Positions 51,601 to 63,566 of a stretch of DNA of 64,000 nt are shown one piece after another (the stretch's first letter is position 1; each line of letters begins with the position of its first letter). The notes below the pieces were generated by a model. The model did no database searches and was not told the origin of the DNA. It saw nothing but the letters and a program-made list of their open reading frames with translations. The position numbers and the translations under genes are program-made. Source of the stretch: Nemertoderma westbladi (lineage: Eukaryota > Animalia > Xenacoelomorpha); NCBI GenBank assembly GCA_032718475.1, contig JAUCBJ010004577.1, positions 28,211 through 92,210 of the forward strand. The letters run 5' to 3'.

Positions 51601-53427
51601 CAAACTAAAGGATTAGGATTCGCTTTGTGGCAAGAAGAGGGGGGCGACAAGTGGAAGCTCTTACAATGTGGATCAAGGACACTAACTGCAACAGAAACCC
51701 GATATTCAGCCACTGAAGTGGAACTACTCGGTGTTGTGTGGGCAATACACAAATGTAAAATGTTCCTCCAAGGCACTACATTCGACTTAGTAGTAGACCA
51801 TAAACCATTAGTTGCTATTATAAACGGTAAAACTTTAGACCAAATTAAAACGCCTAGAATAATTCGTCTCAAAGAGAAATTAGCTAACTTCCGACCGAGA
51901 GCAATCTGGAGGCAGGGGATAGCGCATACAGTAGTAGATGTTCTGTCCAGACATCCCGTTGTACACCCAACTATTGATGATGACTACTTGGATACTGACG
52001 ACATCGAAGAAATGGTGAACACGGTTGTCGGCAACTCGTCAGCAAAAATTAACGCAATACTAGCTACCGACCCTGCTGACAATAGAGCGGAAACCAAAAG
52101 TCAGATCAGCAATAACTCAATTAAAATAAACACCATCGATATGGCGTGGCAAAAGGTAAAGAAAAGTGCTGCAGGTGATGCCACATACTGTGAATTATTG
52201 AAAATTGTAACAAATGGGTTTCCTCAAAATAAACACCTCGTTTCTATTAATTGTCGCCCATATTGGATTTATCGTAATGCACTTTCTGCATTCGACGGCA
52301 TTGTCATGTATGGTGAAGAACGTATAGTCATACCAGAAACCATGAGAAAAGACATATTACTCGGATTACACGCAGCCCATCAGGGCAGAGATCGGACACT
52401 CAGGAGAGCTAGGCAATGTGTTTTTTGGCCTGGAATTACAAACGATGTCACAACAATGGTCGCCAGCTGCAACGATTGCGAATTGAATAAATCCAGTAAC
52501 CACAAAGAACCCCTAATGTCAGATAACAAAGCCAGCCGCTCAGGTGAAGCTATAGCCGCAGATTTGTTTAGCTACGCCGCCAAATCGTTTCTCGTCATAG
52601 TCGATAAATATTCAGGGTGGATCGATGTGTTTGATTGTGGACACGGTGGAGTTGACACGTTCACAGTTCTCAAGAAATTTCGCATTTGGCTCGCATATAT
52701 GGGTGTGCCAATTCGAGCTACCACGGACGGGGGACCGCAGTTCAGGACCGACTTCGGAAATTTCTGCAAAGAGTGGGGTATTCATCACGACCCATCCTCC
52801 CCATACAATCACGAAGCAAATGGTTACGCAGAGTCCGCGGTAAGAACTATAAAGGACATCATAAAGAAAACATCCCCAAATGGCGACATTTTACAACTAA
52901 TCGTTTCGCCAACGCTTTATTGGAATTAAGAAATACCCCACGCTCAGATGGACTCAGTCCAGCACAGCGTGTAGTTGGTAGACAAATCAAAGGTCAGTTA
53001 CCAGGTCCAGAAAGAGCTCTCAAAAGAACCTTCTGAAGATACGTTTGCTGTCGCTGACAAGAAAGTAGACGAAATTCGCTCGAACTCGAAGGAGTACTAT
53101 GACAGGGGAACCCGAAATTTAAAGAATTTCCCAGAAGGAACACGCGTGAGAATACAAAACCCCCGGACTAAGCGCTGGGAGTTATTCGGAACTATCGTTC
53201 GTAGCGTCGGAAGGGGACGGGCCTATTCAATCCAGGCTGACAATGGCAGACTCTATTGGAGAAACAGACGCTTCCTCCGGAAATTAAACAACGAAAATAT
53301 TTCGGCACGATCCGAAGATGACATAGAGACAAGCCTAAAGACGAACGAAAACGAGGGTAACGATAATGAGTGGATTACAGTGCGTCGAAGTAAACGTTCA
53401 CGGAATATCCCGGATAGGATAGACTGA
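48672..53427 (+). pseudogene. Gypsy gag-pol polyprotein broken into several ORFs (48672-49262, 49403-50290, 50374-51321, 51577-52929, 52975-53427)
   Basis: Domain motifs are collinear across frameshifts; the RT catalytic motif reads VVEY instead of xxDD. Confidence 0.88.
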
Positions 53428-53477
53428 CATATACTCATTGAATTGACTGACTATTTCTCTAAACTAAACTCATTGTT

Positions 53478-53493
53478 GGGGTAAAGGGGGGCA
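53478..53493 (+). promoter_or_regulatory. Polypurine tract GGGGTAAAGGGGGGCA
   Basis: Purine run directly before the 3' LTR. Confidence 0.8.
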
Positions 53494-53795
53494 TGGTATA
53501 GTATCAACTAACTCATATAACATATAATGTACTTGTACAATGTAGGCCCTATTAATTACATAATAACCGCAATAACCCCCCACCCCACATTAGTCCCACC
53601 ATCACTGGGATATTGCCAACTCTTCCTAATGATTCGTTTCATATGGACCATCAGGTCAAACAGTAATTATTATATTATGAGTTATCTGGTGGTGGTGTCA
53701 CGTTTAACATCGTATAATATATTTGTCATTTGTTGAGATAAAAATAATGTTTAAGATTAAAACAATAAACTACGTATTATAACCAAACTATACTA
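53494..53795 (+). repeat. 3' LTR
   Basis: Direct repeat of the 5' LTR, followed by the TSD GTAC. Confidence 0.92.
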
Positions 53796-54303
53796 GTACT
53801 GTACGTACATTACTACATTACTGTATGTACGTACATTACTACATTACTGTATGTACTGTACGTACATTACTGTATGTACTGTACGTACATTACTACATTA
53901 CTGTATGTACTGTACGTACATTACTACATTACTGTATGTACGCACATTACTACATTACTGTATGTACTGTACGTACATTACTACATTACTGTATGTACTG
54001 TACGTACATTACTACATTACTGTATGTACGTACATTACTACATTACTGTATGTACTGTACGTACATTACTACATTACTGTATGTACTGTACGTACATTAC
54101 TACATTACTGTATGTACTGTACGTACATTACTACATTACTGTATGTACTGTACGTACATTACTACATTACTGTATGTACGTACATTACTACATTACTGTA
54201 TGTACTGTACGTACATTACTACATTACTGTATGTACTGTACGTACATTACTACATTACTGTATGTACTGTACGTACATTACTGTATGTACGTACATTACT
54301 ACA
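53796..54303. repeat. Minisatellite 3, right part
   Basis: Same TACATTACTGTATGTACTGTACG units as 47435-48225. Confidence 0.95.
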
Positions 54304-54318
54304 CTCCATACTGTATTC

Positions 54319-54724
54319 CGATGGCCTTTTGGTTAAATATAGTAATTTTAGGTAGCTAATGGTTTTGCAAGTTAGTCGATTTTTACTAGCTAGTATAAAA
54401 AATTTATTCAACTTTTTTTATTTAGTAGTGGAACTTTGTTTTATTCAGCAAATTCCTCTAATCAAAGTAAATAAAATAAAATAAAATAAATTAAAATACA
54501 ATTATATTATATTAAATTAAATTAATACTTTTTAGCAATAAGTCGTATTATGTTTTTGAATACAGATCCTTGGTATAGCATAACCTCTGGAACCGAAATT
54601 CCGCAGCTAGTAACGAAATATGAACATAAATTAACATCAAAAGAGATATATAAAAACGGACAAAATAAGTCAACTATTGTTGACTTATTTCGAAGTGAAT
54701 GAAGAATTGTGATGTCAAAAGGTG
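54319..54724. repeat. ~400-450 bp AT-rich direct repeat, copy 1 (copy 2 at 55642-56097)
   Basis: CGATGGCCTT...GGTATAGCATAACCTCTGGAACCGAAATTCCGCAGCTAG...TTGTGATGT occurs in both copies. Confidence 0.85.
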
Positions 54725-54892
54725 ACACGCAAATTAAAATCTCTGCAGGTAAAACAATAATTAATGATGATATAATTTATTAATATAAACTGATGCTGTA
54801 ATAAAACATTATTGAGAATAACTACGTGTCTTATGTCATAGTATGGCGTCCTTCCACTACAGACCCTCACAATCTCGCCACATGGTCGCCTC

Positions 54893-54993
54893 ACAGCGGT
54901 ATTGGCTGGTGCGACGGTCCGAAAGTGACCATCATTTATTTGGGCGCCTTTTTCGGACCTTCGTCCTATTCGGACCATCAACCCAATACCACT
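54893..54993. mobile_element. Small MITE-like inverted-repeat element
   Basis: Termini CAGCGGTATTGG / CCAATACCACTG are inverted (1 mismatch), and internal GGTCCGAA / TTCGGACC motifs are inverted. Confidence 0.5.
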
Positions 54994-55209
54994 GCAAGGA
55001 ATCAGTAGAAATTTGCTCAGTATATTCAGTTTTCCGATCTACATCTATCCTAATTAGACTTAACCTTGCGTTTTTTAAATAAAACACGGCCAATATTTAG
55101 TCGTATTTATTGGGATATTATGCGAATTGCAAGCCTAACAAACAAAACTGACACAAAGCACCGCAATGACTTGACTTTCTTCTTCAATTTGATAAAAGTA
55201 AAAGCAAAT

Positions 55210-55465
55210 TTTCTTCGGCCGCTTGGCCAGGGATTACGCACAAAGACTGACGACTTATTTCCAGTGCGGTCCCCCCAGAACTTTACTCCCCAGAGGAAAC
55301 TCCAGTACTCATTTAGCTACCACTTAAGGATGCAAGGCAGAGATGCGCCCTGGCTGGTCCCTTTAAAGCATTCGTGCTGAAACGAAAACTGCCCTGGCCC
55401 ATGTGAGGATCGAACCCACGACCTACGGGAGATGTGAATTCAATGCAACCACTACACCAAGGTGG
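55210..55465 (-). mobile_element. tRNA-derived SINE (family B)
   Basis: Minus-strand A box TGGTGTAGTGG (55449-55459) and B box GGTTCGATCC (55407-55416). The body is shared with 18985-19135. Confidence 0.7.
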
Positions 55466-55641
55466 AACCTTGGTGTTCTATGATATTCTATATGATTAAA
55501 TTTATTTTTGTCAGCTCGAGTAACACAACTTTGAAATATTGGTATTTTACCTTACAACAATAATAAAATACCAAAAAGTATGACTTAAATTATATCAGCT
55601 GATCGAGGTATTCTAGAATGTAGTGAGCTTGCTTGGTATTA

Positions 55642-56097
55642 CGATGGCCTTGGTTAAATGAGTAATTTTAGGTAGCTAGTGGTTTTCCATGCTAGTAGAT
55701 TAGATAGATAGTAATAAAAAATTTAATGGTAAATTTTTATTTAGTAGTGGAACTTGATTGTATTCTGCAAATTTATCTAACCAAAGTAAATTAAATTAAA
55801 TTAAAATTTATTAAATTAAAAAAAAATGTATTCAAAATTTTTATTTAGTAGTTAAATTAAATTAAATTAAATCAAATCAAATTAAATTAAATTAAATTAA
55901 TACTTCTTAGCAATAAATCGTATTATGTTTTTGGATACCGAGCCTTGGTATAGCATAACCTCTGGAACCGAAATTCCGCAGCTAGTAACGAAATATGAAC
56001 ATAAATTAACATGAAAAGAGATATAAAAACGGACAAAATAAGTCAACTATTGTTGACTTACTGTGAAGTGAATGAAGAATTGTGATGTGAAAAGGTG
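55642..56097. repeat. AT-rich direct repeat, copy 2
   Basis: Homologous to 54319-54724, with an expanded (AAATT)n tract. Confidence 0.85.
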
Positions 56098-57871
56098 GAT
56101 TGTGATGTCAGTTTATATTCGATGAAAAATAATAATTATGTAGGAGCGAAAATAATAAAAAAAATAACCCAGTCATAAAACGATATTTTGTTAACTTACT
56201 TTAATTAACGTTGTTTCTTATTCGATAAAAAAAACTATCGTAAAGAGGCACTTTTAATAACTAATTTAATTTCAAATGACCGAAATTTAATTATTCTGTC
56301 CGAGTGAATTGAGTAAAAGTTCATAGACATGGTGAACCATTATTTATTAAGGTCGTTCCATTACCTTGTTAATACCCAAAGAGGTGTATAAAATAAACCT
56401 TGCAGATCATATATTTATGGACATTATACGTATGTAAATTTGCATAATAAATGCTAAAAGAAAATAACATTAGGAAAAAACATTTCATAATGTTATTTTT
56501 TATGAAAAAATTTGAAAAAAATTATAATAATAATTAATTATTGATGAAGTAAAAGTAAGGACAAGTTAGATGATACCGGTATTTACTATTGATTCTAATT
56601 AAATTTAAGAAAGTTATAGTTTATTAAATAATTTGAAATAATTTGAATTAATTTTAAATTAATTTGAAATAATTTGAATTAATTTTAAATTAATTTGAAA
56701 TAATTTGAAAAAATTTACACATAAATATTTGCACAACATTAACCGATGATTCAACATCTAGGAAATTTAATAACTTTCAATATATATAATATATCAATAA
56801 TGTTAGTGAAGATTTTTCACAAAAATTTTTGTCTTGCGGTGCAGAATTTTGGTGAAATTTATTTATTTCCCATAAAATTTATGATATAAGGTGTACATTT
56901 TTTGGGAACAAGGGTTTCCGATTCCTATTTTTGCTTAGATTGACTGGATTGCTACTATGGTTTTTCGCTGTTCGCTTAAGTGTATTGGGTATAAAATGAG
57001 TTCTATATTTTATATTTAAAGTTCGATGTTACCAATATATTAAAGTTTCTAGAACACTCTTTTTGTATTTAATAAAACTAAATAAGTGCACAACTTTGGT
57101 ACCGGTACCAAAAATAAAACATTTCGTGAATAAAATAAGGGTAACAGTTCCGTTTGTATTAAAACTTTGTTAATAAATACATGCTAGCTAGTTTAGTTTG
57201 GGCTAGATTTTTAAATTTATACTAGAACATGATCTAGCTGTTCTGTAAAAATAAATGTTCAAGAACAAATACTTTTTGTTATAGAACATTTTTAAGTAAA
57301 AAAATCAATAGTTATGATAATAAATAATATATATATTAATGTTCTAGAACACATGTTTTTATCAATTTTATGGTAGCTAGTTGGACATGGGCTCTTTTGG
57401 AACAAATGGGCCCCAAAAAACCGGCATTGGGCCTCCCAGTTCATTTTTAGGTTCAGGTGAGTCTTCTGAGCTGACATTCCAAATTTAGACTCCCCAGACG
57501 ATGTTTAGTAGCACTAAAGTTTAGGCTACTCAGACATCAAAGTGTGGTTATGGGGGGCTGCCCCTCCCCCAAACTACTCAACTCACCCCCTTAATGAGCT
57601 GTTTATTGTTATAAACTTTACACACACACCTACTGAATATGAAGACTTTCAGATTTTATGACAATTTTGAAATGATAAAGAAGTATATTGATAATTTAAC
57701 AACGATCCCCGAGGAGATGATATCAAGAGTTACACGCGATGGGTTGGAGTACCACATAGGTGAGTTGTTGACGATCAGATAACTATTATAAAAGTACAGA
57801 ACAGCAGAAACATCGTTTTAGGGCGCAACACCCACAACGAAAAATTCCCGAAGTATTGAGACAGTACTCAC

Positions 57872-58105
57872 CTGGTGTGGTTGGCAGACAACGCTGTTAG
57901 TGACCTGGGCGGTCTGGGAGGTGCTTGTGTGGATCCTCTGGGGGGTCTCTGGGTTGGTCTGGGCGGAGACCGACACAGTCTCCTTGGCGGTACATCTGGA
58001 GGGCTGAGCGCTAGACGGAACGGGGTTTGTCAGTAACTCAGCAACCTGCAACTCCGCCGCCGTCGACTTGAGGAATTCCTTTAGACTTCGGTTCCCTTCC
58101 AGATC
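57872..58105 (-). CDS. Coding exon (234 bp, phase 0 to 0): DLEGNRSLKEFLKSTAAELQVAELLTNPVPSSAQPS...VCQPHQ; probable upstream exon of the FAM193-like gene
   Basis: GC-rich island in AT-rich DNA with acceptor ttataacag|GAT and donor CAG|gtgagt. Open frame, same strand, and phase compatible with exon 19519-19675. No diagnostic motif. Confidence 0.6.
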
Positions 58106-58659
58106 CTGTTATAAATAATTATAGAGATGTTGTGGAACTGTCAAATTGATTTCAATGAATTGACATGAGAGATTGAGAGGTAACTGGTACTAGTGTGTTT
58201 TGTGCACACCCCCCCCCCCCCCTCAAATTTTTTATACTAGCTAGTTTATGTAACTTTTTTTTAAATGTTCTAGAACATATTGTCTATTCATTTTTTTTAT
58301 TAATTTTGTTCTAGAACAAATAATTGTCGTTCTAGAACAAAATTCATTAATTAGGTATTTTTGAAGTTATCAAAGCTAGTTTTTTTATTTTATTTTTTTT
58401 AACCCTTTCGATCCTATGGCACAACTGTTTTGCCATGGGCAACTGCGCTATGGCACAACTGTTGTGCCATGGGAATATACTTGATATTATTGGCTTTAAA
58501 CTATACTCCGGTTGTTAGGAAACATTATAAATTCCCATTCAGCACATAAGGCGTCATCCCAATTCATTTAGGGAATAAATGTAAATATAAATGTAGGCCT
58601 AAAGCATAACAATAATACGGTATTGTACTGTATGTCCTCTGATGTTGATAGCACTACTT

Positions 58660-59790
58660 TCCACAGAGGTTTTCCTGTTCGTTGATTTCATTTCTGATGT
58701 CAGTTTTCACGCCTGCTCGACTCACGACACACTGTGATTGTATGTATAATATGCTTCCTTATTTTTTGACAGACAGACTGACAGACAAACAGACATACAA
58801 ACAGACACAGACAGCCTAGAGTTGGTCAGTCGTAAAAACTGACATCAGAAATGAAATCAAAGACCTGGAAAACCCCAATGGCGAATGTTTTTATTACATA
58901 ATATGCTTCATTATTTTTTGACAGACAGACTGACAGACAAACAGACATACATACAGACAAAGATAGCCTAGAGTTGGTTAGTCGTAAAAACTGACATCAG
59001 AAATGAAATCAGAGACCTGGAAAACCCTCATGGCGAATGTTTTTATTACATAATATGCTTAATTATTTTTTGACAGACAGACTGACAGACAAACAGACAT
59101 ACATACAGACAAAGATAGCCTATAGTTGGTCAGTCGTAAAAACTGACATCAGAAATGAAATCAGAGACCTGGAAAACCCCCATGGCGAATGTTTTTATTA
59201 CATAGTATGCTTCCTTATTTTTTGACAGACAGTCTGACAGACAAACAGACATACAAACAGACACAGACAGCCTAGAGTTGGTCAGTCGTAAAAACTGACA
59301 TCAGAAATGAAATCAAAGACCTGGAAAACCCCAATGGCGAATGTTTTTATTACATAATATGCTTCATTATTTTTTGACAGACAGACTGACAGACAAACAG
59401 ACATACATACAGACAAAGATAGCCTAGAGTTGGTTAGTCGTAAAAACTGACATCAGAAATGAAATCAGAGACCTGGAAAACCCTCATGGCGAATGTTCTT
59501 ATTACATAATATGCTTAATTATTTTTTGACAGACAGACTGACAGACAAACAGACATACATACAGACAAAGATAGCCTAGAGTTGTTCAGTCGTAAAAACT
59601 GACATCAGAAATGAAATCAGAGACCTGGAAAACCCCCATGGCGAATGTTTTTATTACATAGTATGCTTCCTTATATTTTGACCTACAGACTGACAGACAA
59701 ACAGACATACATACAGACACAGACATCCTAGAGTTGGTCAGTCGTAAAAACTGACATCAGAAATCAAATCAGCGACCAGGAAAACCCCCA
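58660..59790. repeat. 152-bp tandem repeat (~7 units, 58745-59790) with a GACA microsatellite and an inverted partial unit at ~58666-58710; DINE-1/HINE-like
   Basis: GACATCAGAA recurs at 58841, 58993, 59145, 59297, 59449, 59601 and 59753 (period 152). Confidence 0.85.
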
Positions 59791-60647
59791 GGGATGAAAA
59801 TGTAAAGTATGTAGTTATACTTATTACGACATTATTATTTAACAAATTAAATAATTAAAAAAATTGGTTTTGCTCAAATTTATTCAGGGCCTGGGGACTA
59901 AACATTAATGTAGAATCCGTACCGAAAGATTTCTTCTATTCATTTTTGTAAAAAGTAATGTTCTAGAACAAATATTTTTTGTTCTAGAACATAAAAAAAA
60001 TGTTATTTTGTGGTGTTTTTTATTTGATTAGTAAGTGTTAAAAACAATTACAAACAACTATAAGTTTCCATTGTAGCTAGTGATTTTTATTAAATATGTG
60101 ATAATACAAAGATAACACAGAATAAAAAATTAACAAAATTTACAAATTAGCGAGTTTTTTTTGTTCTAGAACAAATATTATTTGTTCTAGAACAAAAAAA
60201 CTCGCTAATTTGTACATGAACAAAATTTTTATATTTAAATGAATAGATAATATGCTCTAGAACATATTTTTCTAAATAAAACAAAAACTAGCTAGTTTAA
60301 AAAATTTATACAAAGATAACATACAATAAAAATGAAAAATATAAACAAATTAGCTTGTTTTTTTATATTTTTTTGTTCTAGAACAAAAAATATTTGTTCT
60401 AGAACAAAATTTTATATTAAATGAATAGACAATATGTTCTAGAATGTGTCTTATTTTTAAAACAGTTAAATAAATTTATTTAACTAATTTACTAATATTA
60501 ATTATTGATATTAATATTAATAATATACGAAATTTTTAAACAGTTTAGAATGAAAATATTCAAGAGAACATATGGACCATCTTAAACTGTATTTCCGAGA
60601 CAGGGGGGGGGGGGGGGGGATGGACACAAATACCATGTGGGATTAAG

Positions 60648-61105
60648 GAATTTGGGAATAAGGGATTTGGGAATAAGGAATTTAGGATTTGGGAATAAGG
60701 TATTTGGGATTTGGGAATAAGGTATTTGGTATACGGTATACGGTATTTGGGAATACGGTATTTGGGATTTGGGAATGAGGTATTTGGGAATAAGGTATTT
60801 GGGAATAAGGTATTTGGGATTTGGGAATAAGGTATTTGGGAATGAGGTATTTGGGAATTGGGAATAAGGTATTTGGGATTTGGGAATAAGGAAGGTATTT
60901 GGGATTTGGGAACAAGGTATTTGGGAATAAGGTATTTGGGAATAAGGTGTTTGGGAATAAGGTATTTGGGATTTGGGAATAAGGTATTTGGGAATAAGGT
61001 ATTTGGGATTTGGGAATAAGGTATTTGGGATTTGGGAACAAGGTATTTGGGAATAAGGTATTTGGGAATAAGGTATTTGGGATTTGGGAATAAGGAATTT
61101 GGGAT
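60648..61105. repeat. G-rich minisatellite of GGGAATAAGGTATTT (15 bp) and GGGATTT (7 bp) modules
   Basis: Direct tandem array; a remnant is at 61288-61325. Confidence 0.92.
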
Positions 61106-61329
61106 CTGCCATTATATTAGTGATTATCGGTTTTTATTTGCTGATCGGCCATTATTGGTTGACTGAAGAAGATACGCAATGCGTATCTCATTATGCCTCA
61201 TAATAGCCTATCGTCAACAAGTCAACCCCACCGATTAGCGGCACTGGCTGTTTCCGCTAACGGGGCTCAGTTGAACAACGCGTCCCTTTGGGATCTGGGA
61301 ATAAGGAATTTGGGATTTGGAATCTGTAG

Positions 61330-62455
61330 TTAAAACGTATTACAAGTTTATGCAGGTTAGTAAAGGAACAGGTTATAGAGGTGAGTAGATAGAACCAAAA
61401 CAATAAATGATAGTTAACACATTTTACAAGATTATGCAAGTTAGTAAAGGAGCTGGTTATTGAGGCGGGTAGATATAAAGAAAACAATAAACGATAGTTA
61501 ACATATGTTACTACAAGATTATGCAGGTTAGAAAAGGAGAAAAAAGGTTACAGAGGCGGGTAGATAGAACCAATACAATAAACGATAGTTAACATGTGTT
61601 ACTACAAGATTATGCGGTTAGTAAAGGAGAAGGTTACAGAGGCGGGTAGATAGAACCAATACAATAAACGATAGTTAACACGTGTTACAAGATGTAGGTT
61701 AGTAAAGAAGCAGGTTGTGGAGGCGGATAGATTGATTAAACCAAAACAATAAACGATAGTTAACAAGTGTTACAAGATTATGCGGTTAGTAAAGGAGCAG
61801 GTTACAGAGGCAGGTAGATAGGACCAATACAATAAACGATAGTTAACACGTGTTACAAGATGTAGGTTAGTAAAGAAGCAGGTTGTGGAGGCGGATAGAT
61901 TGATTAAACCGAAACAATAAACGACAGTTAACAAGTGTTACACGATTATGCGGTTAGTAAAGGAGCAGGTTACAGAGGCAGGTAGATAGAACCAATACAA
62001 TAAACGATAGTTAACGCGTGTTACAAGATGTAGGTTAGTAAAGAAGCAGGTTGTAGAGGAGGATAGATTGATTGAACCAAAACAATAAACGATAGTTAAC
62101 AAGTGTTACAAGATTATGCGGGTAGTAAAGGAGCAGGTTACAGAGGCAGGTAGATAGAACCAATACAATAAACGATAGTTAACACGTGTTACAAGCTATC
62201 CATGTTAGTAAAGGGGCTGGTTATTGAGGCGGGTAGACAGGACCAAAACAATAAACGATAATTACGACATGTTACGAGATTATGCAGTTTAGTAAAGGAG
62301 CAGGTTACAGAGGCATGTAGATAGAACCAAAACAATAAACGATAATTAACACATATTACGAGATTATGCAGTTTAGTAAAGGAGCAGGTTACAGAGGCAT
62401 GTAGATAGAGCACAATAAACTCGTGTAACATGCTTATGCAGGTTAGTAAAGGAAT
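61330..62455. repeat. ~84-bp tandem repeat (~13 units) with alternating A/B variants (168-bp dimer)
   Basis: AAACGATAGTTAAC recurs every 83-85 bp; GATTATGC and GATGTAGG variants alternate at 61600-62180. Confidence 0.88.
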
Positions 62456-62569
62456 GGGTTGAAAGATGCATATGTATGCATACACGTGAAATACACGTAT
62501 TAAATATACGTGAAAATAAACTGGAGAGAGAGAAACGTTGTATAGAAAATATGAAAAAATTCAAACGTA

Positions 62570-63190
62570 AGGATACACGTTCGTGGGGACTTCGCGCAGC
62601 ACGTAGTCGGCAAGCCTTGGCATACGATTCATATAGAGCAAATGGGGCATGTCTAGTTTGGACCCCATATCCCATGCAATAAATGTATTCATTCGATTTA
62701 CAATCATATGTTAATCCGCTAGGTGGTGTCAAATTGTTATTCTGCAATTTCGTACTTACCAGTGCAGCACTGTACAGCAGTACCGTACCGGTAGGCCTAT
62801 GTCATTACTTCTGAGACTCTAGCGGATCCCCAATTAAATGTCTTAACTTTTCAATTTCGTAAAAGATAGACTTCATGATTCTCTACAGGCCACCAAAATT
62901 TCAGCTCAGGAAAATGAGGCCTTCCCGAGAAATTTAACATTTTCTAAAAACCACATAATCTGTCGTAGCTGACGTCAGACTGCATGATTTTTCACCAAAC
63001 TTTACAAACTTTCTAAACTTTCTCTCTACTACTTACCTACTAAGTTTGGTTCAATTCCGAACCAGCTATGCCGAGAAATTCGCGTTCAAACATTTACCAG
63101 ACAGACAGACGGACAGACAGACAGACGGACATGCCCCATTTGCCCTATATGAACCGTATGCAAAGGCTCGCCGACTACGTGTCTCGCCCC
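62570..63190. mobile_element. Non-autonomous DINE-1/HINE-like element with ~54-bp inverted repeats and a (GACA/GACG)n microsatellite
   Basis: 62600-62653 is the reverse complement of 63128-63181 (~4 mismatches). ACAGACAGACGGACAGACAG...GGACATG lies adjacent to the right repeat. Confidence 0.6.
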
Positions 63191-63566
63191 ACAGTAAGTA
63201 GAGCAAGCAGCCTTGGAAGTTGGAACTATCCAAATCATCTGGACCTTAATGGTAGCCTATGGAATCTATGACTCTCCAAATTGGACCAAAGGCGCGACCT
63301 TTCACTTACATTAGTAAGGTCGTCATTGGGTTCGGACATGACTCATCCCTCCACTACTACTACTATACTGTACTATGCTCACCGATGAAGTCTCTGTGCT
63401 GTCAACACTTATCTGTAGAAGTTTTGGTACTTTCTGGATTGACACATAGTCGCATGGTCGCTGGCTGAGGCTAGTCCGTTTAATATTTAGAGCACTCTGG
63501 CTGTGCATCGGCAAATCTAGATTCAACTGGGCGGCATTTGCCGCCTAGTGGCAAGTAAATGAGCTA

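Larger units (their letters stand above)
48276..53795 (+). mobile_element. Full-length Ty3/Gypsy LTR retrotransposon (Mag-like), internally frameshifted; 4-bp TSD GTAC
   Basis: Two ~301-bp LTRs, PBS and PPT. gag has Zn knuckles (CFNCGIKGHLSKMC); protease LADTGA; RT WIHPMVVV...TMDSRHGYWQV; RNase H ETDAA...YSATEVE...DHKPL; integrase HHCC plus D,D(35)E, in Gypsy order. Confidence 0.95.

Noticed and set aside
50367-51872. Antisense ORFs over Gypsy pol (50367-51164, 51558-51872)
   Set aside because: Shadow ORFs opposite a coding region, with no recognisable motifs.
47400-54359. Long Tyr/Cys/Thr-rich ORFs in all three + frames (47400-48243, 53825-54359)
   Set aside because: Artefact of a stop-free minisatellite; open in all frames with permuted peptides.
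58399-58475. piggyBac-like terminus TTAACCCTTT with ATGGCACAAC repeats
   Set aside because: No matching opposite terminus was found in the window, so an element cannot be delimited.
60582-61112. QIPYS/PKYLI repeat-protein ORFs
   Set aside because: Translation of the 15/7-bp minisatellite.
62750-62800. Possible additional exon donor (GTAAGT on minus at ~62753 and ~63631)
   Set aside because: It lies inside a duplicated transposon-like unit, with no convincing open exon or acceptor.
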